Part shown: positions 52,788 to 63,286 of the stretch, piece by piece
Numbering within the stretch: the stretch's first letter is position 1
Layout: the number at the start of each line of letters is the position of its first letter
Source of the DNA: Nitrosopumilaceae archaeon
Lineage (GTDB): Archaea > Thermoproteota > Nitrososphaeria > Nitrososphaerales > Nitrosopumilaceae
Assembly (NCBI GenBank): GCA_965214835.1
Contig: CBDCCK010000002.1
Location: forward strand, 2,400,001-2,464,000
DNA: 64,000 nt
Direction of reading: 5' to 3'
Notes under the pieces: generated by a model
The model's database searches: none
The model's input: the letters and a program-made list of their open reading frames with translations, nothing else
Told to the model about the DNA's origin: nothing
Made by a program: the position numbers and the translations under genes

Positions 52788-53602
52788 GCGCCAAGCTTTT
52801 GGTTGATTACATGAACGAATGACTCAAACGGCTTTGCCCCGCTTACGAGCTCGTATCCCGTCTCGTCGTTGCCTATGAAAAACGCGGGGGTTCCGGTTGC
52901 GCCATACTGGCTCCCCTGGGCCTTGTCTGCGCTGATCTCTGCGTTTATTACGGGGTTCTCCAGGCACGACGCAAAGGCATCAACGTCCAGCGACAGGGCG
53001 CCCGCATAGGTGACCATCTGGCCTGCAAGCTCCTCTGGGCCGAGCCTGTTCCACTCGGACTGCCCTTCAAACAGCATGTCGTGGTAGGGCCAGAACATGC
53101 CCTGCTCGTCTGCGCACTCTGAGGCAATGTGGGCCATCCTTGCATTGGGGTGGATCCTGTCGATCGGAAAGTCCCTGTACACTATGTTTACCGCGCCGGT
53201 CTCGACATAGTTTTGCATTATCAGCGGCAGGGTGTCCTGATGGAACCTGGCGCAGAACGGGCACTCAAAGTCTGAAAACTCTACGATGGTGACCGGCGCA
53301 TTCGGGCTTCCGATCATTGGATCGTCATCCGGGGATACGATCAGCTTTTGCGGGGCGGCAGGGCCTGCGGCAGCCGGCTGCATCCCCGACAGCAGATCCT
53401 GCAGTTGTGACCTTGTGACGTATTCGGGGGCATTTGCGGTGTGTGCCACGAAATACCCAGCAAAGAAGGTGCCTACTGCAATGCCTACAATGGCCGTAAT
53501 CACCAGTCCATAGTATGCGGATTTTTTCATGGTTATATCGGAATGGGGCATTGCAGGCCTTGGAGCCTCCCCAGGGCCGTCATTGTGGGTGTCATCGGAC
53601 AT
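52784..53602 (-). CDS. DsbA/thioredoxin-fold membrane protein
   Basis: DDPMIGSPNAPVTIVEFSDFECPFC, HPNA, GTPAFF, GAKPF. Confidence 0.92.
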   Translation of the reverse strand: MSDDTHNDGPGEAPRPAMPHSDITMKKSAYYGLVITAIVGIAVGTFFAGYFVAHTANAPEYVTRSQLQDLLSGMQPAAAGPAAPQKLIVSPDDDPMIGSPNAPVTIVEFSDFECPFCARFHQDTLPLIMQNYVETGAVNIVYRDFPIDRIHPNARMAHIASECADEQGMFWPYHDMLFEGQSEWNRLGPEELAGQMVTYAGALSLDVDAFASCLENPVINAEISADKAQGSQYGATGTPAFFIGNDETGYELVSGAKPFESFVHVINQKLGA

Positions 53603-53981
53603 GCTAGACTAGGCCTGCTAGCACCGGCTCAAATATTTAGGTATACACGGCAGGGCAGAAGCCGTCCGTCAGGCCAAGCACGCCGCCTGAAAGGCCGCAA
53701 AAACGGCAAAACCATACTTTTTTTTAGGCCCTAATTTACAGGATAATCCTGGCTCCCGTCCCCGTCCACCGTCGGGGGCTGGACGGGTCGCAGTCATTGT
53801 GGCGGGGGCCGTTTTTATCTAAACTAGCAAGCAGCTGTCCCCGGATATGGGGCCGCCTCCCCTTGCCGGCCAGGCATGAAAATCACAGATGCATGCGCAC
53901 TCATGCTTGGCTGCCAGGATGAGGTGGCCTCGTACGTCCCCGGCTCTGCAAAGGCCGGGATCGTCAAGATATGCTACTCCC

Positions 53982-54088
53982 GTGGCAGGGGCGGGGATTC
54001 CGGATGTTTTTGGAAGTCTTTCTTGCATCTCGGGCCTTGGGCGCCTGCGTCATGTGGCAGGGGCGGGGATTCCGGATGTTTTTGGAAG
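53982..54088. repeat. 35-bp exact direct repeat x2 around a 37-bp spacer (36+36 if one terminal mismatch is allowed)
   Basis: GTGGCAGGGGCGGGGATTCCGGATGTTTTTGGAAG at 53982-54016 and 54054-54088. Confidence 0.95.
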
Positions 54089-54233
54089 GGCGGCAGCGGG
54101 GCACGGGATGTATCACCGGAGAGCAGAGCAGGTCATCTCATCATGTACAGCGCGCCTAAAATCCCCGCACAAATCGAGCTGAGGATGACCACGACTGCGG
54201 AAAACCTCCTGTTTTGGGATATCCAGGAGCCCG

Positions 54234-54845
54234 TCATGGTACTTGGAACCTGTTCTCAAAGACTACCTCGTCTAAGGACAGCTGCCCCCCGCGGGGTGCT
54301 GCAGGCTCTAGCGCCCTGCCGACGGCAATCATCATGACAATAACGTGATCATCGGGCAGCTCGATGATTCTTGCAAGATCATCGTACTCAAATCCCACCA
54401 TCGGACAGGTATCTAGCCCCATCTGCCTAGCTGCCAGCATAATCGTCTGGGCCGCAAAGCCGCAGGAGCGCATCGCCTCATCGCGCATGCTCCGGGGGCT
54501 GTCCTGGTACTTTAGCCTCAGTTTCTGGGCGACCATCTCCTGCTTTTCCTCGGAGTGGTTCCTCCAGTATCGTTTGGGTTCCTGGTTCCACGCGTTAAGA
54601 TTTCCGCACAGGATGACGGCTAGGGAGCAGTCCGTTGGCTGCGGCTGTCCGCGCGCGGCCACGCTGATTCTCTCCTTTACGTCCTGGTCAGTTACAGTGA
54701 CGAACCTCCAGTTCTGCTGGTTGTAGCTGGTAGGAGACAGTATGGCCAGCTCCATCAGGGTCCTGACCTCGCCGGGTGTCATCTTGTGGCCGGGATCAAA
54801 CCTCTTTACCGCACGTCTGGTTCTGATTGCCTCAAAGGTATCCAT
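54234..54845 (-). CDS. Nitroreductase family protein
   Basis: AIRTRRAVKRF, SPTSYNQQNWRF, GLDTCPMVGF. Confidence 0.9.
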   Translation of the reverse strand: MDTFEAIRTRRAVKRFDPGHKMTPGEVRTLMELAILSPTSYNQQNWRFVTVTDQDVKERISVAARGQPQPTDCSLAVILCGNLNAWNQEPKRYWRNHSEEKQEMVAQKLRLKYQDSPRSMRDEAMRSCGFAAQTIMLAARQMGLDTCPMVGFEYDDLARIIELPDDHVIVMMIAVGRALEPAAPRGGQLSLDEVVFENRFQVP

Positions 54846-54908
54846 ATCCAGATACGCCGCCCGTTGCAATTTAACTGATACTCGACAAGATGATCCGGTG
54901 GGAGGGGT

Positions 54909-55038
54909 GGGGTTGTTTCCTAATTCCACCTGCCTGACTCGATCTGTATGTTTTTCTGAATTTTCGCCCTTTTGCACGACTGATCCACGTGGCATCTCAA
55001 CGGTTTTCAGGAATCCTGTCGAATTAGGAAACAACCCC
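54909..55038. mobile_element. 130-bp MITE-like element
   Basis: Perfect 18-bp TIR GGGGTTGTTTCCTAATTC; flanked by GGT (GGTGGGAGG is also duplicated nearby). Confidence 0.7.
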
Positions 55039-55623
55039 GGTGGGAGGATGCCCTGCACCGCTTGCCGTGACTAGGGGAGCATTTTTGGGGCAGATCTTGC
55101 AAATCAAAACTGCCAGTACTGCCACGCTAACTGTAAGCAGGGCCAATGCGGTTGGATCCTGTAAAACACATGACGGACCAAAGTACACAGAGTCTAGATG
55201 GATTTGGTGTGCCAGAGACGGCGAGCCCGCTCCGGCCAACACCAACCCGCAAAAGCCAAGTGTCAGACAAGGATAAAAAACGTGCCAGTATGTGATGCCG
55301 CACACCGTATTCGAAATCCGCCTCTACGCCATACCAGATTGTGCCCCCATGAGGATTGTCAAATGCATGGCTGCCTCTTCGATCACCATGACCGCCCAAA
55401 AGTACGGTTTCGGTTCCGTGTCTAACCTCGCCCTGCCGGAATTCATGGGGGGTAAGACACCAATGCATGTAAAACGGGCTTGATAAGGGCGGCAAGGATG
55501 GGCAAATGGCTGACGCAGATGCTGCGCCAGTCCTGCACGCCCCAATAGTACGAGGCTAAAGAAATCAAGCGTACAGTGTGTAACAGGCTATGGAATGTTT
55601 GTTTTTAAAAATGAAAAATTATT

Positions 55624-55701
55624 AGACCTTATGCGTAATCGGCCTGAATGAGATGAATTTGTTCGTAGTAATCCTGGTTCTGAACCGATTACGCAAAGTC
55701 T
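55624..55701. mobile_element. 78-bp MITE of the AGACC-ended IS5 element
   Basis: AGACCTTATGCGTAATCGG...CCGATTACGCAAAGTCT; TSD ATT, as for the full IS. Confidence 0.85.
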
Positions 55702-55827
55702 ATTGCAACAAAATCTGGTAATTACCTTGAGACCTTTAACAACTTGATGAGTTGGAGAAAAAACCAGTTTCCAGAGGCGTTCCACATCAAGTAGGTTTAA
55801 GTGAACCATGTCAGTTTAGGAATCAGA

Positions 55828-56310
55828 TTGAACAAGAAAATCGCCCTACCTGTGGGAGCCGGCATTGCCGTGTTATCATTTGCGCTTTTAGTTTGGACTG
55901 GGGTTTCTTATTCTCCTAACGGCGTCCTGGGTGATGCCCGAGATTACGAGGTAAAGTCAGTTGTTCGAGACACCATTAGCATGTATGATTCTGATAAGGA
56001 AAACGCGTTTGAAAGTATTAATTCTGGGGCCGGTCTTAGAATAGATTCAAAATACCCCTTTGTCTTGGATCCTATCACTGCCACAATTGTTGCACATGGC
56101 TCTAATCCCGGCATTGTGGGAAACCCTTCCAAAAGCCTTACTGATGGCGACAGACCACTGAATGAAATTTTGACTGATTTGGAAAATAACGACGGCACTT
56201 GGGTGGAATACACATTTGAAAATCCTGAAACCGGTCAGGAACAACTCAAGCGTTCATGGCTGTACCTGCACGACGGCCATATTTTCGGTTCTGGCTATTA
56301 TCTGCCCTGA
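55828..56310 (+). CDS. Membrane-anchored stand-alone Cache-domain protein
   Basis: N-terminal TM; YPFVLD..IVAHGSNP..WVEYTFENPETG..KRSW..HDGHIFGSGYY. Confidence 0.85.
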   Translation: MNKKIALPVGAGIAVLSFALLVWTGVSYSPNGVLGDARDYEVKSVVRDTISMYDSDKENAFESINSGAGLRIDSKYPFVLDPITATIVAHGSNPGIVGNPSKSLTDGDRPLNEILTDLENNDGTWVEYTFENPETGQEQLKRSWLYLHDGHIFGSGYYLP

Positions 56311-56528
56311 CTGTGTTTTATTGTTTGGTAATATAGCAACGAGAAGTCTTTGAGTCAAGAGAAGCCCCAGCTCCTAGATATGGGCGGCATGGTAGTACTT
56401 GTACTCTTTGCGCCCCTTGTGTTTGGTCATTGGAGAGCCTACACCCGTTCTGATCAATACGGGGGAGAATTTAGAAAATTAGGATAATTACCGAATCAGG
56501 AAACGGTGTCCCATCCAGACGGCGCCTC

Positions 56529-56897
56529 ATGGTTTTCAGGAATTTTGATGAATCAGGCGACAACCCCGTTACAAGGTTAATTATAGAAGGAATGGCAGCC
56601 TGTGTCATGGGCGACGGAATAGGCGGTCCGGTGATCTCCTGTCTTTCAGGCAACTCCTTTGAGATGTCGGTAACGCACTATCGAAAGGACAACCGGGAGC
56701 AGTATGACAGGGTTGAGAAGATCGTAATTGCCAAGGTCGATAATCCCGACAGCCCCCAGTACAGGGAGACCTCGCCGGAGGAGCTGCAGAGGGCGCTGAA
56801 GGGGAGGTTTGTCACCTGCAACGTGCAGTACAGGGATGAAGGAACCGATGCCCTGGTATGCAACGTCTTCGTACAGAATCCCCCGGAGGGGTTCTAG
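56529..56897 (+). CDS. Hypothetical protein
   Basis: 122-aa ORF with protein-like composition; no recognised motif. Confidence 0.5.
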   Translation: MVFRNFDESGDNPVTRLIIEGMAACVMGDGIGGPVISCLSGNSFEMSVTHYRKDNREQYDRVEKIVIAKVDNPDSPQYRETSPEELQRALKGRFVTCNVQYRDEGTDALVCNVFVQNPPEGF

Positions 56898-56910
56898 GCG
56901 GCAGGCCGGA

Positions 56911-57639
56911 TCATTGCGGTATGCAGACTGGTGACGCAGGGCTTGCAAAGCCATGATGTACATGCAAACCACTGATCGCGGCCGCCTGTGGCACTCCTAC
57001 TGAGGCATCAAGCAGTCTCAGTACTGCCCTGTCGTATATGGGAACAGTGTTGCATGTTCCGTATAAGGCAGTCTTGAGAATCAGGTGGTTTCCTACCTTT
57101 CTTTCGGTTGTCTTGTCGTATATTCGAAACAGGGCAAATGCGTACGGCTCCTGATCCCACCTGACCATGCTGTATGGACCGCCTCCCACAACGGGGTTCC
57201 TGCTCCGTCCACAGCATGTGAGATTTGCCTCCTCCATCAGGCGCCTCATTGCAAGCAGTTTTTGTTCGTGTGATTCGTCCGTATTGAGGACGACTCTGCC
57301 CAGTGCGCGCGACTCGTATTCGTTATAATCCATGCTCATGCGCGCTTCCCTGAGACTTCTTCCAATGTCCTTAGAATCAATCTCCTCGTCCTCTGACAGG
57401 GTGTAGCTTTCCTTCCCCACCATCCTGGTTATGTCACTGATCTTGGTTTCCAGCTTTCCAAGGAGGCTCAGGAACGCCTCCAGATCGATGTCCGGTGCAA
57501 TGTTGAAGACAGACGTGCGGTCTGTGCTGCCTATCCTGTCCACCCTACCTACCCTTTGAACCAGCCGCATCGGGTTCCATGGAAGGTCGTAGTTGACTAT
57601 GACTGAGCAGTCCTGCAGGTTGACGCCTTCCGCAGTCAA
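56911..57639 (-). pseudogene. SNF2-type helicase C-terminal fragment
   Basis: EGVNLQ..VNYDLPWNPMRLVQRVGRVDRIG; N-terminal motifs absent. Confidence 0.82.
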
Positions 57640-57909
57640 CTCATAAAAAAAACGGATTGTTTTGACGGTTGTTTTTGGCCCAAAGATCTAAGATCAGGCA
57701 GACCATACGCACATGCACTGGAAAACAGACAGAATTCGTAGCATCAAAGGGTAAATTCCTGTCATGCAAAGCATCCACACCTCCGCAAGGCGTACAGGGA
57801 GAACCCACAAGGGAGAACGCGACAGGCTGCTGCGGTCAATTCGGGCATGTGGAGTTTGATATACTGCCGCGCAAGACCCGACAGTGCAGGACACGACAGG
57901 CTGCTGCGG

Positions 57910-58147
57910 TCAGCCCGTCAGGTATTGGAACAGCTTTATCGGAAGGAGCTCGCGCCTGGCAAGCAGCTTCCGCACTGACCGCTCCATGTCATCAAGCGTC
58001 TTGAACATCCTGGCAGACAGCCTCCGCTTTATCTCCCTGTACCGTATCTCGACGGGGTTGAGCTCCGGCGTGTACGGAAGCAGATATTCCAGCATTATCT
58101 GGCCGTCGTACTTTTCCAGCGTCTCCTTTACGCCACCGGACTTGTGG
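57910..58147 (-). pseudogene. IS630 transposase C-terminal fragment
   Basis: YLLPYTPELNPVE; cut by the IS630 element at 58148. Confidence 0.75.
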
Positions 58148-58149
58148 TA

Positions 58150-59254
58150 TAGCAACGAGTAGAAGTCTTTGAGCCAAAACAGGGTTCATTCGAAGAGTGC
58201 AATGATCGCATAACCGGCAAGTGGGCATGGCAAAAGAAACAGACAGCCTGTCAGAGGCCATGCGCAAAGAAAAGGATGTCAAAGTCTACAAAAAGATCAT
58301 GGCGTTGATGTTTGTGCTAGAAGACGATGTGGGCGTGCCCGAGACCGCAAGAAGGGTTCCGGTGCAGTGAGAATTCCGTGCGCAACTGGCTGGCGAGGTT
58401 CTCGGAGGACGGCATAGACGGCCTCCGGGATCTTCCCCGTTCCGGATGCAGGCCAAGGGTGGACAGAAAAAAAATTGCCGCCATAATGGACTTGTCCATT
58501 GAATACAACAGTACCGACGTCATGACGGTGCGTGATGACATAAGGGATGCCACCGGGATAGAATACAGCATAGAACATGTCCGAAGACTGATGCGCCAGT
58601 ACGGCCTGTCGCGTCGCAAGGTGCAAAACGTACATGTCAACCATGCCGCCCCAAGCTCGGTATACGCATGGCAGTGGTATCTTGAAGACGTGCGTATTCC
58701 GTGCCTGAAAAGAGAGGGTTTTACGCTGGTGTCATCTGATGAGGCGTTCTTCGTGCAGGGCGCATACGACAGATACGTATGGGGTTCGGTCGGCACCAGA
58801 AGCGTGGCCTCGTATTCGGGGGATCGCACAAGGGTGGCCGTGTTTGGAGGCATCGCAGAGGACGGCAGGAAGCTGTTCAGGACGTTTACGGGATCGTTTA
58901 CGTCGGTGCAGTTCATACAATGTCTGGAGGCGCTGCGCAAAGTCTGGCAAGGTTGCAGTCTTTTGCGACAGGTGGAGCGTGCACAGATCTGCTGCCGTCG
59001 CAGAATATCTGGCGGGCTATCCCGACGTCAGGCTGATAATGCTCCCAAAGGGATCGCCGTACCTCAATGTCGTGGAAGAGTGCTGGAACCTGGGCAAGCC
59101 TGTCGTTTTCAGGGGGATAGTGTACAGAAGGATCAGCAAGCTGCGGCATGCCATATCCGAATATTACAGGACGGTGTCGTTTGCCCACCTTTGCATGTAC
59201 AAGTACATCTACAGATCGCCGGTCAAGGCCCTCAATTACTTGTGACCGTTGCTA
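58150..59254 (+). mobile_element. IS630-family element with a frameshifted transposase
   Basis: TA|TAGCAACG...CGTTGCTA|TA ends; GLRDLPRSG, SSDEAFF, LPKGSPYLNVVEECW; orphan left end also at 56332. Confidence 0.85.
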
Positions 59255-59256
59255 TA

Positions 59257-59409
59257 CAAGAGTTTCTGCTTGGCCAAAACGTCCCTGGGTTTTTTGTCAG
59301 TTTGTCAATCAAACACATGACTCGTACTGGGTCTTGCCCAGTATTTTGATCCGTCAGGTACGGATTTGCGCGCAAACGGGTCAAAACCTGCCGATTAAGA
59401 ATCGCTTCT
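59257..59409 (-). mobile_element. Left-end remnant of the IS5 family seen at 60652
   Basis: About 120 bp similar to 61624-61742. Confidence 0.75.
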
Positions 59410-59539
59410 CTGCATGGTGGCGGCTAGGCTCGTGAACACACGTGGGCATGGATTATGCAGCAAGGCGCCTTTTGGAGATCAAAGACCATCAGTCGTCACC
59501 ATACCGCCCCCGCTTGAGCGAGCCACAGGCGCCGCCGCA

Positions 59540-60426
59540 CTACCGAAAGTTCTTCCAGGGAAGCCTGCAGTCCAGGATCCTCTCCGTCTCAGACACGTCG
59601 TCCCGGAGAAAGTCCTGCAGTCGGCACCTGTCTGACGGGCTCATCTGCGGTTTTGGCCTTCTTTGTCCTAGGATTCTTTCGGCAGCAAACGTCCTGATGG
59701 GGGACGGGATGCGCGTCCGGGCTGATGGCGGTATGAGATCTATGGCTTTGACCAGTGCATGAAAGCGGTGGACATGAAAGCTGTTGTGGGCCCTGAGAAC
59801 GAACGAGTCAGTGTCGGCAGTACACCCCCCCCCACAAAGTCCAGCAGGCCGGCCACCGTGTCCCTCGGGTTTTCGACCAGATCCTCGAGGAGCATCACCT
59901 TGACGTTCTGTCTCCCAAATACCGAAATCCACATGGACAGGGGTTCAGAGTAATAATACTTGTTTGACTTTCTGAGATCCAGCAGATCGCGGTCGTTGTC
60001 GATGTCGTTGCGGCATATGTCGCCATAGTCGTCGTCAATGAAACGGTCAACCGTTTGGGTAAAAGTGATGGCAGTCCTTTTCCATGTCAGGGCCTCAAAC
60101 AGGAACCGTGAAAACAGCCGCTCGACGGGATCTCGCAGGGTGATCAGGATTTTTGCGTCAGGCCTGACTTCGCGGATCCGCCGGCACGCGGTACTGTTAA
60201 AGTAATATTGCGAGGGGTCAACAACCACCCTCTCGTCTCTGACGCCCCTGTAATACGAAAGGTACTGCCTCTTGGTGATGTGGCGCGTAAAGTAGCTCGT
60301 AACCTTCACGGAAGGAACGTACATTCCACGGATCCCCCTCAGAATGTGGTACATCGTAGTTGTCCCTGTTTTTTCTGGGCCGACATAGAAGAGATTGGGC
60401 CACCTCACGGCGTCAGTCTTGTGCAT
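59540..60426 (-). pseudogene. Sulfotransferase frameshifted at a G9 tract
   Basis: PAPS motifs VGPEKTGTT and LRDPVERLFS; C-terminus (DRCRLQDFLRDDVSETERILDCRLPW) lies in another frame beyond G9 (59825-59833). Confidence 0.85.
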
Positions 60427-60651
60427 CAGATAGCCTCTTGATCAGTCAAGTAAAATATGTGTTGGTTGGGACAAAATCCCGGATCTATTGTACAGAAATT
60501 AGGTCGCACTGATTTGAGGAGGATTGCAAGGGATGCTTTGGGCTTTACCGATCAAGACCGATGGTTGCAAGGCTCAATGCACGACAGATCAGATACGCAG
60601 CAACGCAGTGTGCCGGGAGACGAAGGCCCTTTGAGGTGGTCCCGAAGACAG

Positions 60652-61742
60652 AGAAGCAATCCGTAATTAAATTACGAGTGGCAGGTTGCAGTTGTTTTCT
60701 GCCGTGTTTTTCAGGCCACAGCGGCTATCCGTTCCAGTATCCTCAGGTTGACCAGCCCGCACACGATACTGTTGGCCAGATCGTACTTTCTGAGCCTGTT
60801 TCTGTACTTGTAGCTCATTATCTTGAATGTCTTGACCCTGCGTATGCCATTCTCCACGTACACCCGTATCTTTGAGTGTGTTCTGTTGTACTCTTTTTCA
60901 TCGTCGGTCAGCTTGCCGCCAGGACTCTTCTTGATTGGAAGTATAACCTTCGTCCCTGCATCGATGTGCTGCGCACCCTGGTATCCGCGATCCATATAGT
61001 GCCGCAGCTCCTCGCCGTCCTCCTCACCGCTCCAGAACGTGGGATGCTTCATCTGGTATATCTTGACGTCGTTTACGCGCCCCGGCGAGTGCGGGGTCTT
61101 GTGCACTATGGCACCGTGTATGTTGACCGTATACTGGACCTTGGCCGTGTGCGTGCCTGCCTTGCCCGAATAGTGCGACTTTTCCATGTCCTTTCTCTTG
61201 GGCCTGTTTGTGGGCTGCTCGGAGGCGTCAGTCAGGCACACCATCCCCGGGAAGATCTCGGCCAGCTCCTCGACTGAGGAGATCCTCTTGGAGTCCTTGT
61301 AAATCTTCTCGGGGATCGGCAGGCATTGTTTTAGCAGGGGCTCAGTCAGGCTTATGGAGCGCGAGACCGACGCCTGTCCTATACCGAACATGGCGCCAGC
61401 CACCTGGGAGACGTACGTCCTGTAGTAGAACAAGACCAGCAGTACGCGGTTCCTCAGATCCAGGTAGCAAGACCAAAGGGCTCTGCCTGCGCCTATATCC
61501 CGCACACGGTCGGGCCTTGAGAGCCTCTTCTTCTCGGTATCTGGAAATTTCTTTTGCACCTCGGTACACAGCTGGTCAAACTCTGCCTCGGTCATCCCTG
61601 CAAACATCCGGAACGTCCGTGGGTTTTTTGTCAGTCTATCGATCAAACACATGATTTGTACATGGTTTTACAGGTATTTTGATCCGTCAGGCATAGATTA
61701 GTGCCCAAGTGGGTCAAAATCTGCTAATTAAGAATCGCTTCT
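60652..61742 (-). mobile_element. IS5-family (ISL2-like) element inserted in an ISH3 remnant
   Basis: TIR AGAAGC(A/G)AT(C/T)C(G/T)TAATTA; TSD CAG; flank encodes RNPVLRVLLFYMSLAVCNIW. Confidence 0.88.
60711..61652 (-). CDS. IS5-family transposase
   Basis: TDASEQPTNRP, HYSGK, MDRGYQG, RVYVENGIRRVK. Confidence 0.88.
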   Translation of the reverse strand: MCLIDRLTKNPRTFRMFAGMTEAEFDQLCTEVQKKFPDTEKKRLSRPDRVRDIGAGRALWSCYLDLRNRVLLVLFYYRTYVSQVAGAMFGIGQASVSRSISLTEPLLKQCLPIPEKIYKDSKRISSVEELAEIFPGMVCLTDASEQPTNRPKRKDMEKSHYSGKAGTHTAKVQYTVNIHGAIVHKTPHSPGRVNDVKIYQMKHPTFWSGEEDGEELRHYMDRGYQGAQHIDAGTKVILPIKKSPGGKLTDDEKEYNRTHSKIRVYVENGIRRVKTFKIMSYKYRNRLRKYDLANSIVCGLVNLRILERIAAVA

Positions 61743-61971
61743 CAGGAATCCTGTCCTGCGTGTGCTTTTGTTTTACATGTCGCTTGCAGTATGCAACATA
61801 TGGCTGACAATGAGGGACTCGGGAGACCCAAAGACCCGCGTCATGGCGCTGCTGACTCTGATGTATGCCGTGGTCCTGTATTCGTGCTGCCTCCGTGCGC
61901 CGGATGCCGACAGGATCGGGGTGGGGCGACGGCGGCATGATCCCGGCTAGACGGATTTATGGGGTACATTT

Positions 61972-62373
61972 TCAACTACTGGATACGTTCTCCCCGGATG
62001 TCAGCAGCGCCGATGCGGCGTTCCTGTACTGCCCAAACATGCCTGCCACGTCCGCCCAGCTGTCATCGAACATGGGCGACAGCGGCGGTATCTCGATGTC
62101 TGACATGCTTCCCCCACGCTTTAGGAAGTGGATGTTTTCCTCAAGGCGGTCGAGGGCCTCGAAGACTGCCGCATCCTCTGCCGTGCAGTGAAACAGCACG
62201 CGGTTCAGCTCGTTTTGCACCTCGCTTGTAAGAAGCCTGTTTTTTCCCGCAACGTTTACGGTGTTTCCGGTCAGAACCGTCTGTGACTCAAAGTACATTA
62301 TTACCAGGAAGCTCGCTATGATCAGGATGACCTAGAGAAAAACCACGACTGCAATCTTGTGTACCAGCTCCAT
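61972..62373 (-). pseudogene. Sensor-protein remnant with a PilJ/NarX-like periplasmic domain
   Basis: TM segment with an in-frame TAG (MELVHKIAVVVFL*VILIIASF), then VNVAGKNRLLT; truncated, no kinase domain. Confidence 0.6.
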
Positions 62374-62518
62374 CCCGTTTCGTAACACGTTCTGGGAAAT
62401 AAGGCTTCTTTGCTTTATCCTGCGTGGGCAGATCCCGGATCCTTGCTCGTTTCGTGCGCAAAAGGCATACCGCAAGCCGATATCAATTGCTATATAACAA
62501 AGGCGCGTAGGGCATACA

Positions 62519-63286
62519 ATGACTGCAAAAAATACAAAGGCATTTTTGTTTTCCTCATTTGTTGCCGCGCTTATGATCAAATCGCTAAACGATGTTGGAT
62601 TTGCATATGTAGGTGAGGAAGCTGAAAAATACGAGCCTGTGGAGGTATCCGAGGCAATACAGCGCATAACACCATATGTAATACTAGATGAGACCGGGTT
62701 GGTGAAATTCACTGTGGAAAAGAAGGACATCCCACTACATCCGCATGCAATACTTGTTGCGTCTGACTATATCGACATGCAGAACTCCTACCGTAGCCAA
62801 ACCCAAGAAAATCCGAATGAAAAACCAGAGATAGATGATGAACTCAAAGAAAAGTTCTCGAAATTCATAGGAGACATACAAGAAAAAAAATCAAGATCCA
62901 GTGATCCTGGCAATAATGCGCGATCACTAGATCTCATTTTGCCGCAAGCCTTTGCTGTGGGCGAAGTGTGTGGCGGCGCCCCTTGGAATCCCCAGCCAGA
63001 ACCTCCGGTCACTTCCAAATATGCAAGTTCGGGGGCCGTGAATCATCTCCTGAACAACGGATACCACCAGGTTCCGTTTTATGCATCGGGAAACTATGGT
63101 GACGATTATGCAAAAAACACGTCGGCATTTGGATGTAATAACGGTGAGCTCCGCACGCAGGGGCTAGTCACATCTGCTAACTACTATAACCACCAAAGCC
63201 CGGAACCAAACCCCGAGATCCTGTCTTATACTGCGCCGGTTTGGTGGTGGGATGGTTACGTACTTGTGTGGCACGTTGACAACTAA
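62519..63286 (+). CDS. Secreted pre-pro-like protein with a Cys/Trp-rich C-terminal domain
   Basis: Signal MTAKNTKAFLFSSFVAALM; charged linker; LILPQAFA|VGEVCGG...EPNPEILSYTAPVWWWDGYVLVWH. Confidence 0.8.
   Translation: MTAKNTKAFLFSSFVAALMIKSLNDVGFAYVGEEAEKYEPVEVSEAIQRITPYVILDETGLVKFTVEKKDIPLHPHAILVASDYIDMQNSYRSQTQENPNEKPEIDDELKEKFSKFIGDIQEKKSRSSDPGNNARSLDLILPQAFAVGEVCGGAPWNPQPEPPVTSKYASSGAVNHLLNNGYHQVPFYASGNYGDDYAKNTSAFGCNNGELRTQGLVTSANYYNHQSPEPNPEILSYTAPVWWWDGYVLVWHVDN

Noticed and set aside
55060-55560. Several short overlapping ORFs
   Set aside because: No recognisable motif or consistent frame; probably decayed DNA.
56332-56400. Possible TnpB/omega-RNA end (AAGCCCC...GGG)
   Set aside because: The adjacent TATAGCAACGAG..AAGTCTTTGAG matches the IS630 left end at 58148, and no TnpB ORF is present.
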